Source of the DNA: the human T2T-CHM13v2.0 reference genome, Homo sapiens
DNA length: 64,000 nucleotides
Direction: 5' to 3' (one strand)
Assembly (NCBI RefSeq): GCF_009914755.1
Contig: NC_060947.1
A program made the position numbers and the translations under genes. Below the pieces are notes generated by a model. The model was not told the DNA's origin. It did no database searches and was given only the letters and a program-made list of their open reading frames with translations. Below, one piece after another: positions 26,613 to 43,310 of this stretch (the stretch's first letter is position 1; the number at the start of each line of letters is the position of its first letter).

Positions 26613-27912
26613 CCTCGATTAGAAATTTACCAAAAGTTTAATATCTCACAAGTTCAAAAAAAGTGTTCAGAGCTTGCTTTTCTCTACTTATTTTGGGTTT
26701 ATCATTTCATTCCTTTTAAAAATATTAAAGAAGTAGAAATCAAATTATGTGCCAGTTTGACAAGATCCTCCCACCTTTAGGAACAGAAAAAATTTAATAA
26801 ATTGTCATCACTAGCCTGAAATGATTGAATATATAATTTACCTAAAGTTTAATAAAATAGCTGAACTAGGACACAATGGGGAGAAGTGTTTCATGAAGAA
26901 AAATGTGGACTAATTCATATGAGAATTATTTTAAAGGCATACTTGGAACTCTTGCTTGATTAAGTTTAAGAAATAGTAACATTGCCAAGGGCTGGCACAA
27001 GAAGAAGGAAGCAGACACTCTCCTACACAGCAGTGGCAATTTAAGCTGTGTCCAAATTTCTAGAAGGCAATTTGGCAAGATATATCAAAAGCTGTAATAA
27101 CAGATGTCCCCATTGACCACAACTGCCACTTTTCTTGGAATTTATCTTAAGAAAATGAATGAAGGATGTAATAAAATTTTGCACAACATTGATTACTCTG
27201 TTGTTTAAAATTAGAGAAAATTAGAAACAATGAAAATGCCTAACAATAAAGAATTGCTTAAATCGCAGGGCCCTCCCTCTCCCACCCTCACTCCCTTCAG
27301 TCTATTCTCAGTGCAGTGGCCAGTGTTATCCAATTAACAAGCAATGACCTGATGGTCACATCACTCGTGTGCTCCAAAGCCTCCAATGGTTCCCCTCACT
27401 CAGGGTCAAAGCCAAATCTTTACCATGATCTAGCACCACATTTTGCATAGTATAGAGTTGCTATTTAAGTGGCTCTTCCCTACAAGGGTATGTGATCCAG
27501 GTAACCTGTGGTCTTCACCTTAGACACAGAAGAGTCTAGAATTTTAAGTAGCTCCCTCTGAAAGTATATTCCAGATGATATTAGCCCTGACAGACACATA
27601 AATGTTTAGTATTTTCTACAAAATTCTGAGTAGATTTGAGATATTGAACAGAACGCTGTTTTTCCCTATGAAGTGACTATTGAGTTCTGTATCACTATCA
27701 AGTGACTATCATCCATCATCTAGACTACTGCAAAGCTGCCTACTCCATTTCCTGGCCAGCCATTCCCTGTCCTCTCCAATCTATTCACCACAGTGCATTG
27801 AAAGTAATCTCTTTTTTAAAAAGCGGTCATAATTTCCTCATGCTTAAAACCTATCAAAGCCTTCCCATTTCTCTACATATCAAGATCTAATTTACTGATG
27901 GTCAAGGTTCTA

Positions 27913-28238
27913 GAACATTGCTATGTAATGGAAATATATTGGGAGCCATGTATGTAATTTTAAATTTCATAGTAGCCATTTTTTATTTTAAAAAATAGAA
28001 TTAATTTTAATACTGTATTTTATTTTAGTCAATATTTTCAAAATAGTATCATCTTAATATGTAATAATTCAAAAATTATTGATGAGATGCTTTACATTCA
28101 GTTTTTCATAGCAAGTCTTTAAAATCTGGTGTGCGTTTTACCCTTACAGCACAACTCAAATTGGACTAGCCACCTTTGACATGCTCCATAATCCATCATG
28201 TCATGTGGTTAGCAGCCACCATACTGGATAGTGCAATT
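27913..28238. mobile_element. MER33 hAT-Charlie MITE
   Basis: gagccatgtatgtaattttaaatttcatagtagcca ... ggactagccac ... ccatactggatagtgca. Confidence 0.7.
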
Positions 28239-28394
28239 CTACAAGGTCAGGACCATGCCTACCTCTTTAGCCTTCTAATAAGATTCATGCTATAGGTATA
28301 TCTAACCACCAGGTTCTCCAAGTTGCCATTCTCTCTTTCCCAGTCCTTTATTCATGTTGAGTTTTTATACAACAAATAATTTGAAAGAAGAAAA

Positions 28395-28955
28395 ATAAGC
28401 AAATTTTTAAATAGGCAAAAGATTTGAAAAAACATTTTACCAAAAATATATACAAATAGCTAATAAGCAGATGAAAAGATACTCAACAACATTAGGCATT
28501 AGGAAAATGCAAGTCAAAACCAAAATAAAATAGCATTTCACAACCACTAGAATAGTTATAATTTAAAAGACAAACAGTAACAAGTATAGATGAGGATGTG
28601 AAGAAACTGGAAATCCTCATACATTGCTACCAAGATTGTAAAATAGTACACTTATTTTGGAAAACAGTCTTGTAGTTTCTCAAAATGTCAGAGAGTCACC
28701 ATATGACCCAACAATTCCACTCCTAAGTATCTACCTAAGGGAAATGAATGAAGATGTATGTTTATAGAAGACATATGTCTCTACAAGACTTGTAGAAGCA
28801 ATCAAAATGTTCATCGATAAATAAACTGTGGTATATTCATACAACACAGTACCATTCAGCAATAAAAAGGGACAAAGCACTGATACATGCTACAACTTGG
28901 ATGAATCTCAGAAACATTATGCTAGTAAAAGAAGCCAAACACAAAAGACCACTGG
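28395..28955 (+). mobile_element. L1MB/MC ORF2 end and 3' fragment
   Basis: ataggcaaaagatttgaa...ccatatgacccaacaattccactcctaagtat. Confidence 0.75.
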
Positions 28956-29139
28956 ATGTTAGGTCAGTGGCCTGGACCCAGCTCCACTAATCACTACCTG
29001 TGTTACATTGGCCAGCTACTACACCATTCTAAGATACAACTTCTGCTTCTGCAAAAGTCAGTTTAATAACAAGTGCCGTTTCAAACTTAAACAGCCTTGC
29101 ACATCAAGAGAGGCAGCATATAAGAACAAGCCTTAAATG

Positions 29140-29980
29140 GCTTTTCTCAAAAATATAGAGAATAACAAGTGTTGGTGAGGATATAGAGAAAGAGGATGCC
29201 TTTACATTGTTGGTGGAAATGTAAATTAGTATAGCCATCATGGAAAATGGTATGGAGGTTCCTCAAAAAACTAAAACTAGAACTACCATATGATCCAGTA
29301 ATCCCACTTCTGGGTATATTGCCAAAAGAATTGAAATCAATATGTCAAACGGATATCTGCACTCCCATGTTTATTGCAGCACTGTCCACAATAGCCAAGA
29401 TATGGAATCAACCTAAGTATCCATCAACAGACGAATGGATAATTACAATGTGGTATATATACACAATGGAATATTATTCAGCCATGAAAAGAAGGAAATT
29501 CTGTCATTTGCAACAACATGGATGAACTTGGAGGACATTATGCTAAGTGAAATAAGCCAGTGCAGAAAAATAAATACCATGTGATCTCATTTATATGTGG
29601 AATCCTAAAAAGTTAAACTCACGGAAGTAGAAAGTAGAATGATGGTTACCAGGGACCAGTGGTAGAGGAAAAGAGAGAATGGGGAGCTGTTGGTCAAAGG
29701 GTACAAAATTTCAGATAGACAGAAGGACTAAGTTTTGAGATCTATTGCACAGCAGGGTGACTATAGTCAATAATAATGTATATTTCAAAGTAAGAGTAAA
29801 TTTCAAATGTCACACAACAAAAAATGATAAGTGAGGTGATGGATATGTTAATTCATCTTGATTATCTTGATTTAATTATCCCATATTGTATACATACATC
29901 AAAACATCACATTATACCCTATAAATATGTACAATTATGATTTATTGATTAAAAATAATATGAATAAAAATAAAATAAGA
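29140..29980 (+). mobile_element. L1MA 3' end
   Basis: ORF 29247-29525 is the L1 ORF2p C-terminus ([31 protein letters not shown]), followed by 3' UTR and an A-rich tail. Confidence 0.9.
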
Positions 29981-30499
29981 ACATACTCCTTAGTTAGAAA
30001 TGCTCCATGGGTCCAGAGTTGCTAATCATTGCCTTCCTTTCTGGTTTTCCTTTGCACTTTGCTCCAATGTTTAATTTAGTCCATTGGGATCTGCAAATTA
30101 TATCCCAGATGCTATAGGACAAGGAACTACTTGATCTCTTTCAATCCAACTGGAGAAATGTACACTGAGCAAAGTCTATATAAAGGGCTTCACTCGGCTA
30201 AGCACTTGATACCTTTATTCCCTGAGTATCTTGAATGACCTTTCTCCAAAGCTGATCATAGTAGCTTGATTTAAAATAAAATGTGTTATTTCTAAAGTTG
30301 GCACAAAATCTAAGGGATGACATTTGTTCTCTTCTTTATAGTTTTCCTGTATTTTTTTCAGCTTTTCACAAAGAACATGTATTACTATTATATGTAGTGG
30401 AAGGTGTTATTCAAAAAGAAAACACTTTAATGCTGATTCCATTTTAGACCAAACATATATTGCTAGTACTTTCAAAACACTTACTAAATCATAGACCCT

Positions 30500-30690
30500 A
30501 TCATAAGAAATGTGTACCTATTAATCCCCTCAACAACTCCATGAGGTAGGTTCTATCATTATCCCTTTTCGAGAAAATAGAGACACAAAGATTAAGGAAC
30601 CTACACAGAGTCACACAGCTAGTAAGTGATGGAGCTGGGATTTAAGTTCAAGCGCTTTGGTTTTCAAGTTCATGCTTTTAACTAGTATTC
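30500..30690 (-). mobile_element. MIR
   Basis: caacaactccatgaggtagg...gtcacacagctagtaagtgatggagctgggattt. Confidence 0.75.
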
Positions 30691-30832
30691 CAGGAGTGAA
30701 AAACGAACGTGACTGCTATTACTGTCTCGTATGGCTCTAAGGGTCCAATTACACAAGCAGCCTGCCTTGGGAGCAAATTATTGGTCTCTTAGGCTGTGGA
30801 GTCCTGAAGGCAAGAACTATGTCTCATCCATC

Positions 30833-31321
30833 TGTGTTTTCATTAGCTTTTGCTGCGTAACAGTCCACCCTAAGCTTAGTGACCTAAAAACTACAGCCAA
30901 CTACGTGACTCGCAATTCTGTGGGTTGGCAATTTGGGCTGGGCCTTTCTTTTGCTGGTCTTCTGCTATACTGAGTTAAGCCGTGCCAGTTGGCTGCTGGT
31001 CAACTAGGTGTCTCAGCTTCTGGAAGTTGGCTGGCTGTCAGCTGAGGTAATAGGAGCCCCTGGGGTCACGGATCTCTCATCATTCAGCAGGCTAGCTTGG
31101 GCTTCCTCACACGACAGCAGCGGCAGGGTCCCAAGAGCCTCAAGAGTGGATATGCCCCAGTGAGCAAGAGCTTTCAGGTCTCTGCTTGCATCACATTTGC
31201 TATTGACCCATTGGCCAAAGCAAATCAAATGGCTATGCCCAGAGTCAATGTGGGAGGGGACTGCCCAAAGGCATGGATACAGACAGGTAAATAATTTGTG
31301 GCCATTTATGCAATCTACCAA
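30833..31321 (-). mobile_element. MaLR LTR, MLT1G/H-like
   Basis: attagcttttgctgcgtaacagtccacc ... cattggccaaagcaaatca ... gcaatctacca. Confidence 0.7.
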
Positions 31322-31740
31322 TATCCCCATAATCAAACACAGAACCTTATAAATAGTAGACATGAAATAAATACTTATTGAACTGAATGCTATCTCCCCT
31401 TCATGAAAAATCGAGATAAGACCAATAATCTCTTTCCTCTCTACACTAAGTACACCACATCAAGGAGACAGAAGAGGCTGGCTGACCCCTCCTCACAGAG
31501 GGTTACCTCACCCTGGGTGATGGAGCCCATCACTTGACAGTCACCTCATAACCATGGTCTTCTCAGCTCCTGGGGTGAGGGGTGCGTTCTTACTGGTGGC
31601 TGCTTCCCTAATGCTCTTAGGATGGCAGGACTTGCTCTTCTCAGTGGTTCCATCAAGCTCCCAAGGGGAGTCCCTTGGCCCCCTGCTTCTGCCAAGTCCT
31701 GCAGTGACACCTTTATGAAGCAGCTCAAATTAGCAGCCCT

Positions 31741-31759
31741 GCTCGCCCTCTAGTGGTTT
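31741..31759 (-). promoter_or_regulatory. Candidate CTCF site
   Basis: Reverse complement is AAACCACTAGAGGGCGAGC, with the same 13-bp core as the site at 23157. Confidence 0.5.
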
Positions 31760-31842
31760 CTTAAGGCTGTACAGCCCTTTGAAGAAAAGTGTTCGAGGCC
31801 TTCTACAACTGTACCAGAATAAATAATTGCGGGTGCTTTGGA

Positions 31843-32052
31843 TCAGTGGTTTTCAACAGGGCGTGATATTTTCCTGCAGTGGACATTTGGCAGTGTCTGG
31901 AGACATTTTTGGATGTCACAGCTTAGGGGTGGAGGCTGGCATCTAGTGGGTAGAGGCCGGGGATGCTGCCAAACATCCTACATTGCACAGGACACTCCCA
32001 TAACACAAAATTGTCCAGTCCAAAATGTCAATAGTGCCACAGTTGAAAGATC
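31843..32052. mobile_element. MER20
   Basis: cagtggttttcaac...ggacatttggcagtgtctggagacattttt...ggcatctagtgggtagaggcc. Confidence 0.85.
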
Positions 32053-32485
32053 TTGCCTTATATTCAGAGTGAGCCCTCATTTGTTTTAAGGATGCACCCA
32101 CAGGCCCACCCAAGGTTGTTCCATGGATGGATCACCCACTCTGGGAAGAGTCAATCTGTAGGAAACAACCCTAAAGTCTCAATGTGAAACTTAAATCTCA
32201 GGAACAATTCCTGGGGCATCCCATGATTCTCCAGGTTGGACAGACAAACTAAGCGCTAAACAGGAGCTTGGTTACAGGCAAGAACATCTTACTGTCTCTT
32301 TCCATTATCTATGCTCAATCCCATTGATTCAGAGAGCAATTTTCTCAGGAAAGAAAAGTGCTTTAAAGTTTTTATTGTAAGCCAACTAATAGCCCTAGGA
32401 AATAAAAATGTCTTCCAGTGGAGAATTGCACCGTGGGACTTCTGTGTGAACCATCAGAAACCTTTGATAAAATTTATATTAGTTG

Positions 32486-33691
<1,206 letters not shown>

Positions 33692-35138
33692 GTTGCAAGG
33701 AATAAATGACAGGCATCCGGTTTTAACAAAATAACACTTGTTCCATGCAGGAAGAGAATTTCTTAATGTCAGAGAAAGAACACCAAGAGCCGAGGGAAGG
33801 AAAGCTACACAGACACTGATTGCTGTGGCAAGTCCATGTAAAAAGCAACAGGAAATGAAAGCTTTCACTCTAAGCTTTTAGCAATGTTAATTAGAGGAGA
33901 GTGGCTGACATTTCCCTAGAATGGAACATAAACTAAAATTTACCTAGGAATTTTACTTCTGAAATTTTCTCAGAAGAATTCAACAGTAAAGGTGCTTCTT
34001 ATTAGCTCTGGACTTTATTCCTTATCTACTATTTTCTTATACTCCCTTATGCTAGTAGCTAGGAAAATCCTCCTCACTCATTACTTCAAGATCCTCATTC
34101 AAGAATGAGGCAGGGAGGACAAGCAGGAAATGAAGCGTTCGTGGCTCCTGCTGCTCTTTGCTTTCTCCTCTTCTTACCAGATCCTGAGGCTTCCAAACAC
34201 CCTGCTCTCCCTCTCCTCTCTTCTTCCTCCTGTTTTCTTCACTTCACCCTTGCTGGACCCCAGAACCCCTGAATGGCAGAAACCCCAGGCATGGCGTGGA
34301 GATATGGTCAGCCTTGGGGTTAAAGGTACATCGCTCCCTCCACGCCCCCCAGGGTTTGCTGTGTGGCTCAGATAGGACTTGGGAAAAGGCCTTCCTGCTC
34401 TGATCATTCTCCCAATGCAAGGCCAGCTCTGGGATTTGGACCCATCCAAGGAAGAGCCAAGAGTCTGTCCCCAGCCTCTTGCCTTATGAACCCACCTCCT
34501 ATGTTGGCCCTGTCCTCTAATATCCTCTACACTGGCTGCTACCTGTGACTGCCTAGACTTCTCCAAGGCTTTCCAGACCTTGCCCATAGTAAGCCATGGA
34601 GCAGCAGTCAAGTAGCACCCAGGCTCAGGCCTTAGGGGAAGAGTTTCTCAAGAAAAGTTCCCCATTGGGTTCCTGATTGGGATTCCATCACTACTGGTTA
34701 TTATTCCAGAGGCATCTTACTTCAGAGAGACTTTAAGGAACAATGAGGCTGGGCTCTCTGTTTAGGTCAGGAGCCACCTCTGGCTGAACTTAATTTCCAG
34801 GATGTCACAATAAGGTCAGAATCCCTGTGTCAAGTGGTAGCTATGGAGTGGAAAGAACAAAGACAGCTTACAAGCTCAGACAAAATGGTGACCTGAATGT
34901 ATATGGAAAACAACATGAGCTTTTGAGTTATAAAAAGCTCTCTATTGAGGGCTTATTCTGTACTAGATACTGCACTAGGCATTTTATAAACATTTTCTCA
35001 CATGCTAGCTGTGTGACCTTGGGCAAGGTGGTTAACCTCTCTGTTTCTGTTTCCTTTGCCAGGTAGAAATACCTACCTTGAAGAGTTGTTTTGAGGATTA
35101 GTCAAAGCAACATACAGGAAGTTCCTGGCACATGGTAG

Positions 35139-35784
<646 letters not shown>

Positions 35785-38440
35785 ACAAAATTCATTCCAT
35801 AACAAAAGACAGTAAGCAAATGATAGCTAGTATTACTATTACAATTATTAATAATAAAATAGGTATAAACTACTCCTTGGCACTAGGAAAATAGCTACAA
35901 CGCATGGCTTTGTCTAAATCAAAGAAAATATGGCTTGAGCACCCACTCAGCTGAATGGGTATTGGCAGAAACTAAAGCATCAATTTCTTGGTGCCTCCTC
36001 GAAGACTCTCAGTGCTGTAGCAGTGCTGAGCTATTTCTCCCTTCTGTGTCTTGAGACCTCTGATGAACAGTTCCCCCATCACTGATTGGGCACCATTGAT
36101 CTGGTCAGCTGCTACAGCGCCTGCTAACCATGATGCTTTCCACCATCAACAGAGCATTCTCTGTGATCCTTCCACATCTAAAGTGCTACACTCCTGTGAG
36201 TGCCACTGTCTTCAATTGTGGAATTTCCATCCTGGTCCCTCTTCCTTATCCCCAGGATCCATAGCACCCAAGAATCAAGACTCTTCCCTCTTTAGACTTC
36301 CAAGCAGAAGTCTCCACCCACGCCCTTTCTTTGATAGTCCAACCCAGTTATGGGTTACCTTCAGGGCAGCCTTCCCACATCCCCAGTAAATTTGTCTTCT
36401 TCCACCCTGAGAAAGGTGAAAAGTATGTTTATTTCTGTCTTGATCAGCCTCAACTTCAAGTGAATAAGTCAAAAGTTAACTTGTCAATCATCTTCTACAT
36501 GATTTTCAAAAAGATATTTGCTTACAAAGAGATACGATGCCGTAAAATTTTAAGAAATTTAGTTTAAGAGGAATAAACATCCTCATTTGTTTTCATGATA
36601 TGTGGAATATGTTTTTTTTTTCTTGGAATATGGACTCTTTTAGGTTCTGAGAGGCCATCTAATCTATACTCCCAGATGAAAAATTAAGTTTTATTTCTCT
36701 CTGTCAATTAAACCCTTTGCCCTGCACTGTGCCAACAGAACATCCAGTGAAAAGAACATCAAGTTGGGCCTCAGGAGATTTGGACTCTGGACCAAATTTA
36801 CTCACTATTTGAGGTTTCAGCTTCCCCATCTCTAAGGCTCCTTCCACCCTTAACATTCTGTATTGTTTTAAGAAACAAGATCCTGAATTCTGAAGTGGTT
36901 ACAACATTCATCTAAATATGGCATTCTGTTCTACAATAAGCCCCCTTTCCAAACGTCTACTCTAATTCAAAGAGCAGTGAGAACCATCACTAATCATGAA
37001 GTCCAGCAAACACTGATAGAACTCCAACAGAATTCTTGATGAGTTCAAATATTTCAGAATTCCTCGAGCACCCATGGCTTTGTGCCTTTAACCAACGTTT
37101 TGTACATATGTTCCTCTTATTTATCACTGCTTTCTTAGGCATGAGTCTTAATGGCTATTGAACTATTGTGGAAAAGGGGTAAAATTTCAACATAGGTAGA
37201 TATATGTTTGCTTTCTTGGAGCCAAACATTACCTCTGATTTTATTACCCAGATATAATATATAATCTTTGTGCTGAAAAGTGAAAATGAAACACAAAAGT
37301 GAAGGCTGTGTGACTGAAATAAGACTTATGCATTCGGATATAATGTATAAAGTAGAAGACAGTATCTAGCATAAATCCTCTAATATCTCTCCTATAGTGT
37401 GCAAGAATCTGGGAAGCAGAAGTATGGTAATTCAGGCTCATGGTTTTCCTATCTGGAAAACAAGGATAAAATTGTGGGTCTCAAAGGGAAGTTGTAAAAA
37501 TAAAAATACATTTGAATCAGAAGTATTTACTGGGCATCCAGCCTGTATTCCACCATGCTGGGCCAAGAGGAGAAGCAGGAGAGCAAGAAAGTCCCTGTGT
37601 CCAATCTCACAGGTGGCAGCCTCTGTCCTCTCACCATAAGCAGGACTGAGCACTCTCCTCAGACATCATAAAGGATCCATTTGTGCTAAAGAATCAGTGA
37701 AAATCCACTGATCGTCTCCTGAGGAGATGAATAAGAAATCTGCACTGCACAGCACATAGCACATCTCATAAAATTTCCTATAAATACCTCTCCCCAAGTC
37801 TTTTCTCTGAGCCATGCAACTCCTGGGCTCATCTTTTTCCTCCAGCTCAGATATCACCATCTACCCTACTTATGTGGAAAATTTTCCCCATGTCCTGGCT
37901 TCTTTCTTCAGTCTTGTATAGCCCCACCCAATGGTGAGATCATAAGTTTCTTACAGTGAGGGATCATGTTTGTACTTAACTTGCACAATGAAAAGTACCT
38001 TTATAAAAAATCTTCAATTCACTCTATGATAGCAGTCGGCAGGCGGGCGGGTGCCGAGAGCTGGAGGCACCCCAAATGCTTTATCCTCAGTAAAATGGCC
38101 CCTCCATACCTAAGGAATCCTGCCTGTTGGGTGGCAGTAACAAGACTAAAGAAAGAAACCAGGACAGGGCTGAAATCTTCCCAGGGGAGGAATGAAAGAA
38201 GGGGAGAAGCCGCCTGAAGGGATAAGTGGTGTCGGGGCTGGAGCTGGGAAATTGAATGGCTGAGAGGAGAGACTTGGGAAGAGACATTTATAGAGATTTT
38301 TTTGAGTGTGTTGTACAAGGCACTCAAGGCCCTGGCACAGAGTACAGATTTTACATGCAAGCAGCAGTAGAAGTGAGACAATTGCCCAGAATGTGAATGG
38401 GCAATGGGAAGGAGTTCAAAATAAGGTGTTAATTTTTTTA

Positions 38441-38779
<339 letters not shown>

Positions 38780-39002
38780 TGACAGTTCATAAACATCTCC
38801 CACCCTGGAATGACTCTCACCTCCCTCCAAATATCCTGTGCGTCCTTCAAGATTCAGATCAATTTCCAACCATCCCCTCCCTGAAGTCTCCTCAAACCCT
38901 CTGACCACAGTGGCACTTCCCCTGTCTCAATTTAGAGGTATAATTTGTAATGTTGAACTGCCGTTTTGGGGTTTCTTCCTCTCCTGCCATCCATCCAATA
39001 CA

Positions 39003-39640
<638 letters not shown>

Positions 39641-40267
39641 TATTATTATAGAAGCAATCCTTAACCACAGTTTTTATCACGTCATACCTCCACTAAAAAA
39701 AAAGAAAAAAGAAAAAAGAAAAAATTGACTGGCTCTTCTCTGCCAACAGGATTTTTAAAACTGAAGGAAATAAGTCATTTATGATCATGACGAACGTATT
39801 CTGCAGATAATGACCCAGTACCTCCCCTATATAAGCATTTTCCCAGAGCCTGAATGAATGTGGCAAGCTGTCAAACTTCAAGCCTATTTTAATACTCTTT
39901 CACAGCTTATGATCCTGGCTTACTCGTCTACCTGTCAATTCTATGCAGCCTCCAAAAACCCAGAGCCATGGAGGACAAAATTTAATGCTCACATTAGTGT
40001 TTTTCAAAGCCTAGTCTAGGCCAACAAAGAACTACTCACTGTATCAACCACAGAAGTATGTAAGTGTCAGTAAAATGATTCTAGACCCCCTTTGGAAGCA
40101 ATCATTCTGTAACTTCCATTGCTGGATTGTCGTGACCACCATTTAAATATTCCCAAACCTGTTGACCCAATCTAGTTATACAGTCCTCATTAGAGGATTT
40201 TCCTGAAAGTTTATTCTAACATTGGATGAAACTCAAAGGGGCTGGAACCAAAATTACAACTGATTAA

Positions 40268-40405
40268 AGTAGTATTTTCAACCCGAACTGCACATCAGAA
40301 TCCCCAGTACCCGCTGTGAGGGCCAATTAATTCAAGATCTCTGGAGGTGGGCTTGCACATCAGCATTCAGATTCTAAAGTGTAGCCAGGGTTGGAAACTA
40401 TTGCC
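40268..40405. mobile_element. MER5-type MITE
   Basis: ttttcaacc...cacatcagaatc...gattctaaagtgtagccagggttggaaacta. Confidence 0.6.
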
Positions 40406-40692
40406 TTGGAGGGGCTGCGTCTTGCTATCTCAATAGGAAGGGGGCATGCCCAGGCCAGCTTCAGGAACTCTGTAAGACATGGAAGCACATCAGCTCCTGA
40501 GAGGGCTGGCAAGAGCAAGAAAGGATGCCAGCTTCAGAGAACCTAGGCACTACACTGAGGACTGAGGCAGGAAGACACCAAAGAGGAGTAAGACATCTGC
40601 ACCCCAACCACCCATGCTGCCTCCTGGAGGAAGCAGCCACGTTTCCGCAGTGAAATAAACACACAGAATCTTTCTGATATCAAGATAATCAT

Positions 40693-40993
<301 letters not shown>

Positions 40994-42077
40994 CCATGTA
41001 GCAGTAAAGGGAATTGGTTAAACTTTCCTACAACACTATCTTGCTTCTAGAGAAAAATCTATATGATCTGTAATTCTGCAGGGAAGCCCTGTTGTCCTCT
41101 GACCTAATTTAAACCATTATTAAATTACTTCTTCTCAACTGATGTTGAAAACAGAAAAGACCTCGCTGAATGGCCATGTCTTAACATTGATTTTTACACC
41201 AACAACTCCTGACTCTGGGGCCAACCTCCCAGCCTGCATTTTCAGGGAGGTTCTGGGTAAACATCAACGAACAAACACAACCCTACACAGTGACACTGAA
41301 ACTATCTGTCAGGCTTGCTTTAGCTCAATATTCTAGGTGACATTAGGCAAAAGAACAACAATGATTCAGCTCCAGTAATTAAAAACAATTGCAATCTTCA
41401 GATAATGGGACATTTTAATTCTGTTATGGTAACTTTCTGGTTTTACAACATTTAAATCATTTTTACACCATCCAGATACTTCTAAAACTTGAATCCAGTT
41501 ATTGACAACAGACCATTTACATTCTTGTGAATCCTCAAATTGAGAAATACCACAGAAATTATAATTTCCTCCATAACATGCAATAAAAAATAACTGGGTA
41601 ATTGTAAGTAAGCCTACTGGGCTCTGTGCCTAAGAAAGAAAAACAAAATCTTGTGGTCCTCCTTATCTCTAAAACTCAGGGTCCCACGACCCTCAATCTC
41701 TTATTTGTGTCATGCTCCCCCAACACACTCACCATGCTAGCCTGTCCTCTCCCCTCAGCCTGAAGTCCAGCCTGGAGCAAAGCCTGCCTTTGTAGTGCCT
41801 AGGTGTAGTGCCTAGGTTCTCTGAAGCTCGCATCCTTTCTTGTTCCTGCCAGCCCTCCCAGGAGCCTGTCTTCCACATTGTCCCTGGTTCTCTTGCCCTC
41901 AAATTTAACTTCATTCTCCCCAGATGGTGAAATTCTTCCATTCTGCTCTTCTTGGGAGGTCAGCATTAGGCATTTGAAATAGGAGTGTGCCACACTTCAT
42001 GGGGCCACTTTGTTGCCTCCACTCTCTCACTGTGTTCATTCCTTTGCCCACCAGCCACAGAGCAAACAATATTCATA

Positions 42078-42137
42078 GATGTATATTTATATATACACAC
42101 ACGTACATGTGTGTATGTGTTTGTATATAAATATACA

Positions 42138-42176
<39 letters not shown>
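42078..42176. repeat. (TA)n/(TG)n compound microsatellite
   Basis: Seen directly. Confidence 0.9.
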
Positions 42177-42755
42177 GCATCACTGTGGTCAGTGAAAGAA
42201 AATACAGCATCCTTCCTCCCCACAACTTTCCCATCATCTCAACCCATTACTAGTATCTGGTTGTGGCAAAGAGTTGAAAGGAAAAACCACATACAAATAG
42301 GAAACTTCATTGTAGTACTACGTATCAACCAGCCAGTCAGTGGTCTTTGAAACCCCAAGACTCCAAAGACACATAATTTAAATGTTTATGGCCCCAAACA
42401 CTACATTGTCCGTTCCCATTGTATGGGATGTGCAGGATGACACTATCATAAAACTAGTCCCAGAAACTCAAAGCAGGGAGCAAGCCCCTCCCTGCCTCCA
42501 TTGGCCTTGTCATGCAAGAGAGGGACAATTTGTCCACAGCTTTATTCACTGCCTGTGATTGTTCTGCCTGGAGCTTTGGGATTGCCAGATCAAACTGTAA
42601 ACTTCTGACATTGCTACCTTGAAAACGAGTGTGGGATTAGGGGAGTGATGGGGGAAGGGAAGGTGAGTGCAAAGAGAGGGAAGGAAGAAGGTACTTTCCT
42701 TGACTCAGAGATACTCAAGGATAAAGATTCTTATTGGATTTTTGTGGCTTATAAA

Positions 42756-43310
42756 TGTCACACGAGTTCGTGTGAAAAGACCACCAAACAGGCTTTGTGT
42801 GAGCAATAAAGCTTTTTAATCACCTGGGTGCAGTCGGGCTGAATCTGAAAAGAGAGTCAGCAAAGGGTAGTGGGATTATCATTAGTTCTTATAGGTTTGG
42901 GATAGGCGGTTGAGTTAGGGGCAATTTTTTACAGGCAGGGGGTGGATCTTACAAAGTACATTCTAAAGGGTGGGGAGAATAATACGAAGTACCTTCTCAA
43001 GGGCAAGGGAGGATAATACAAAGTACCTTCTCAAGGGTGGGGAGGGTATATCGTACAAAGTACATTCACAAGGGCAGGGGAATATCACAAAATACATTAT
43101 TGCAAGGGCAGGGAGGGTGTATTGTCACAAAGTCAATTGATCAGTTAGGGTGGGGCAGGAACAAATCACAATGGTGGAATGTCATCAGTTAAGGCAGGAA
43201 CTGGCTAGTTTCACTTCTTTTGTGTATCTTCAGTTGCTTCAGGCCATCTGGATGTATACATGCAGGTCACAGGGAATATGATGGCTTAGCTTGGGCTCAG
43301 AGGCCTGACA
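42756..43310 (-). mobile_element. LTR7 (HERV-H) solo LTR, type II/LTR7B-like
   Basis: The - strand starts tgtcaggcctctgagcccaagctaagccatcatattccctgtgacctgc; TG..CA ends; TSD ataaa/ataat; tandem U3 repeats. Confidence 0.9.

Noticed and set aside
37605-37621. Weaker CTCF-like motifs (also ~46773, ~50801, ~53707)
   Set aside because: They mismatch at core positions and are expected by chance.
42950-43130. Regularly spaced ~33-bp units as a possible CRISPR array
   Set aside because: Degenerate tandem units inside a HERV-H LTR, in eukaryotic DNA, with no cas genes.
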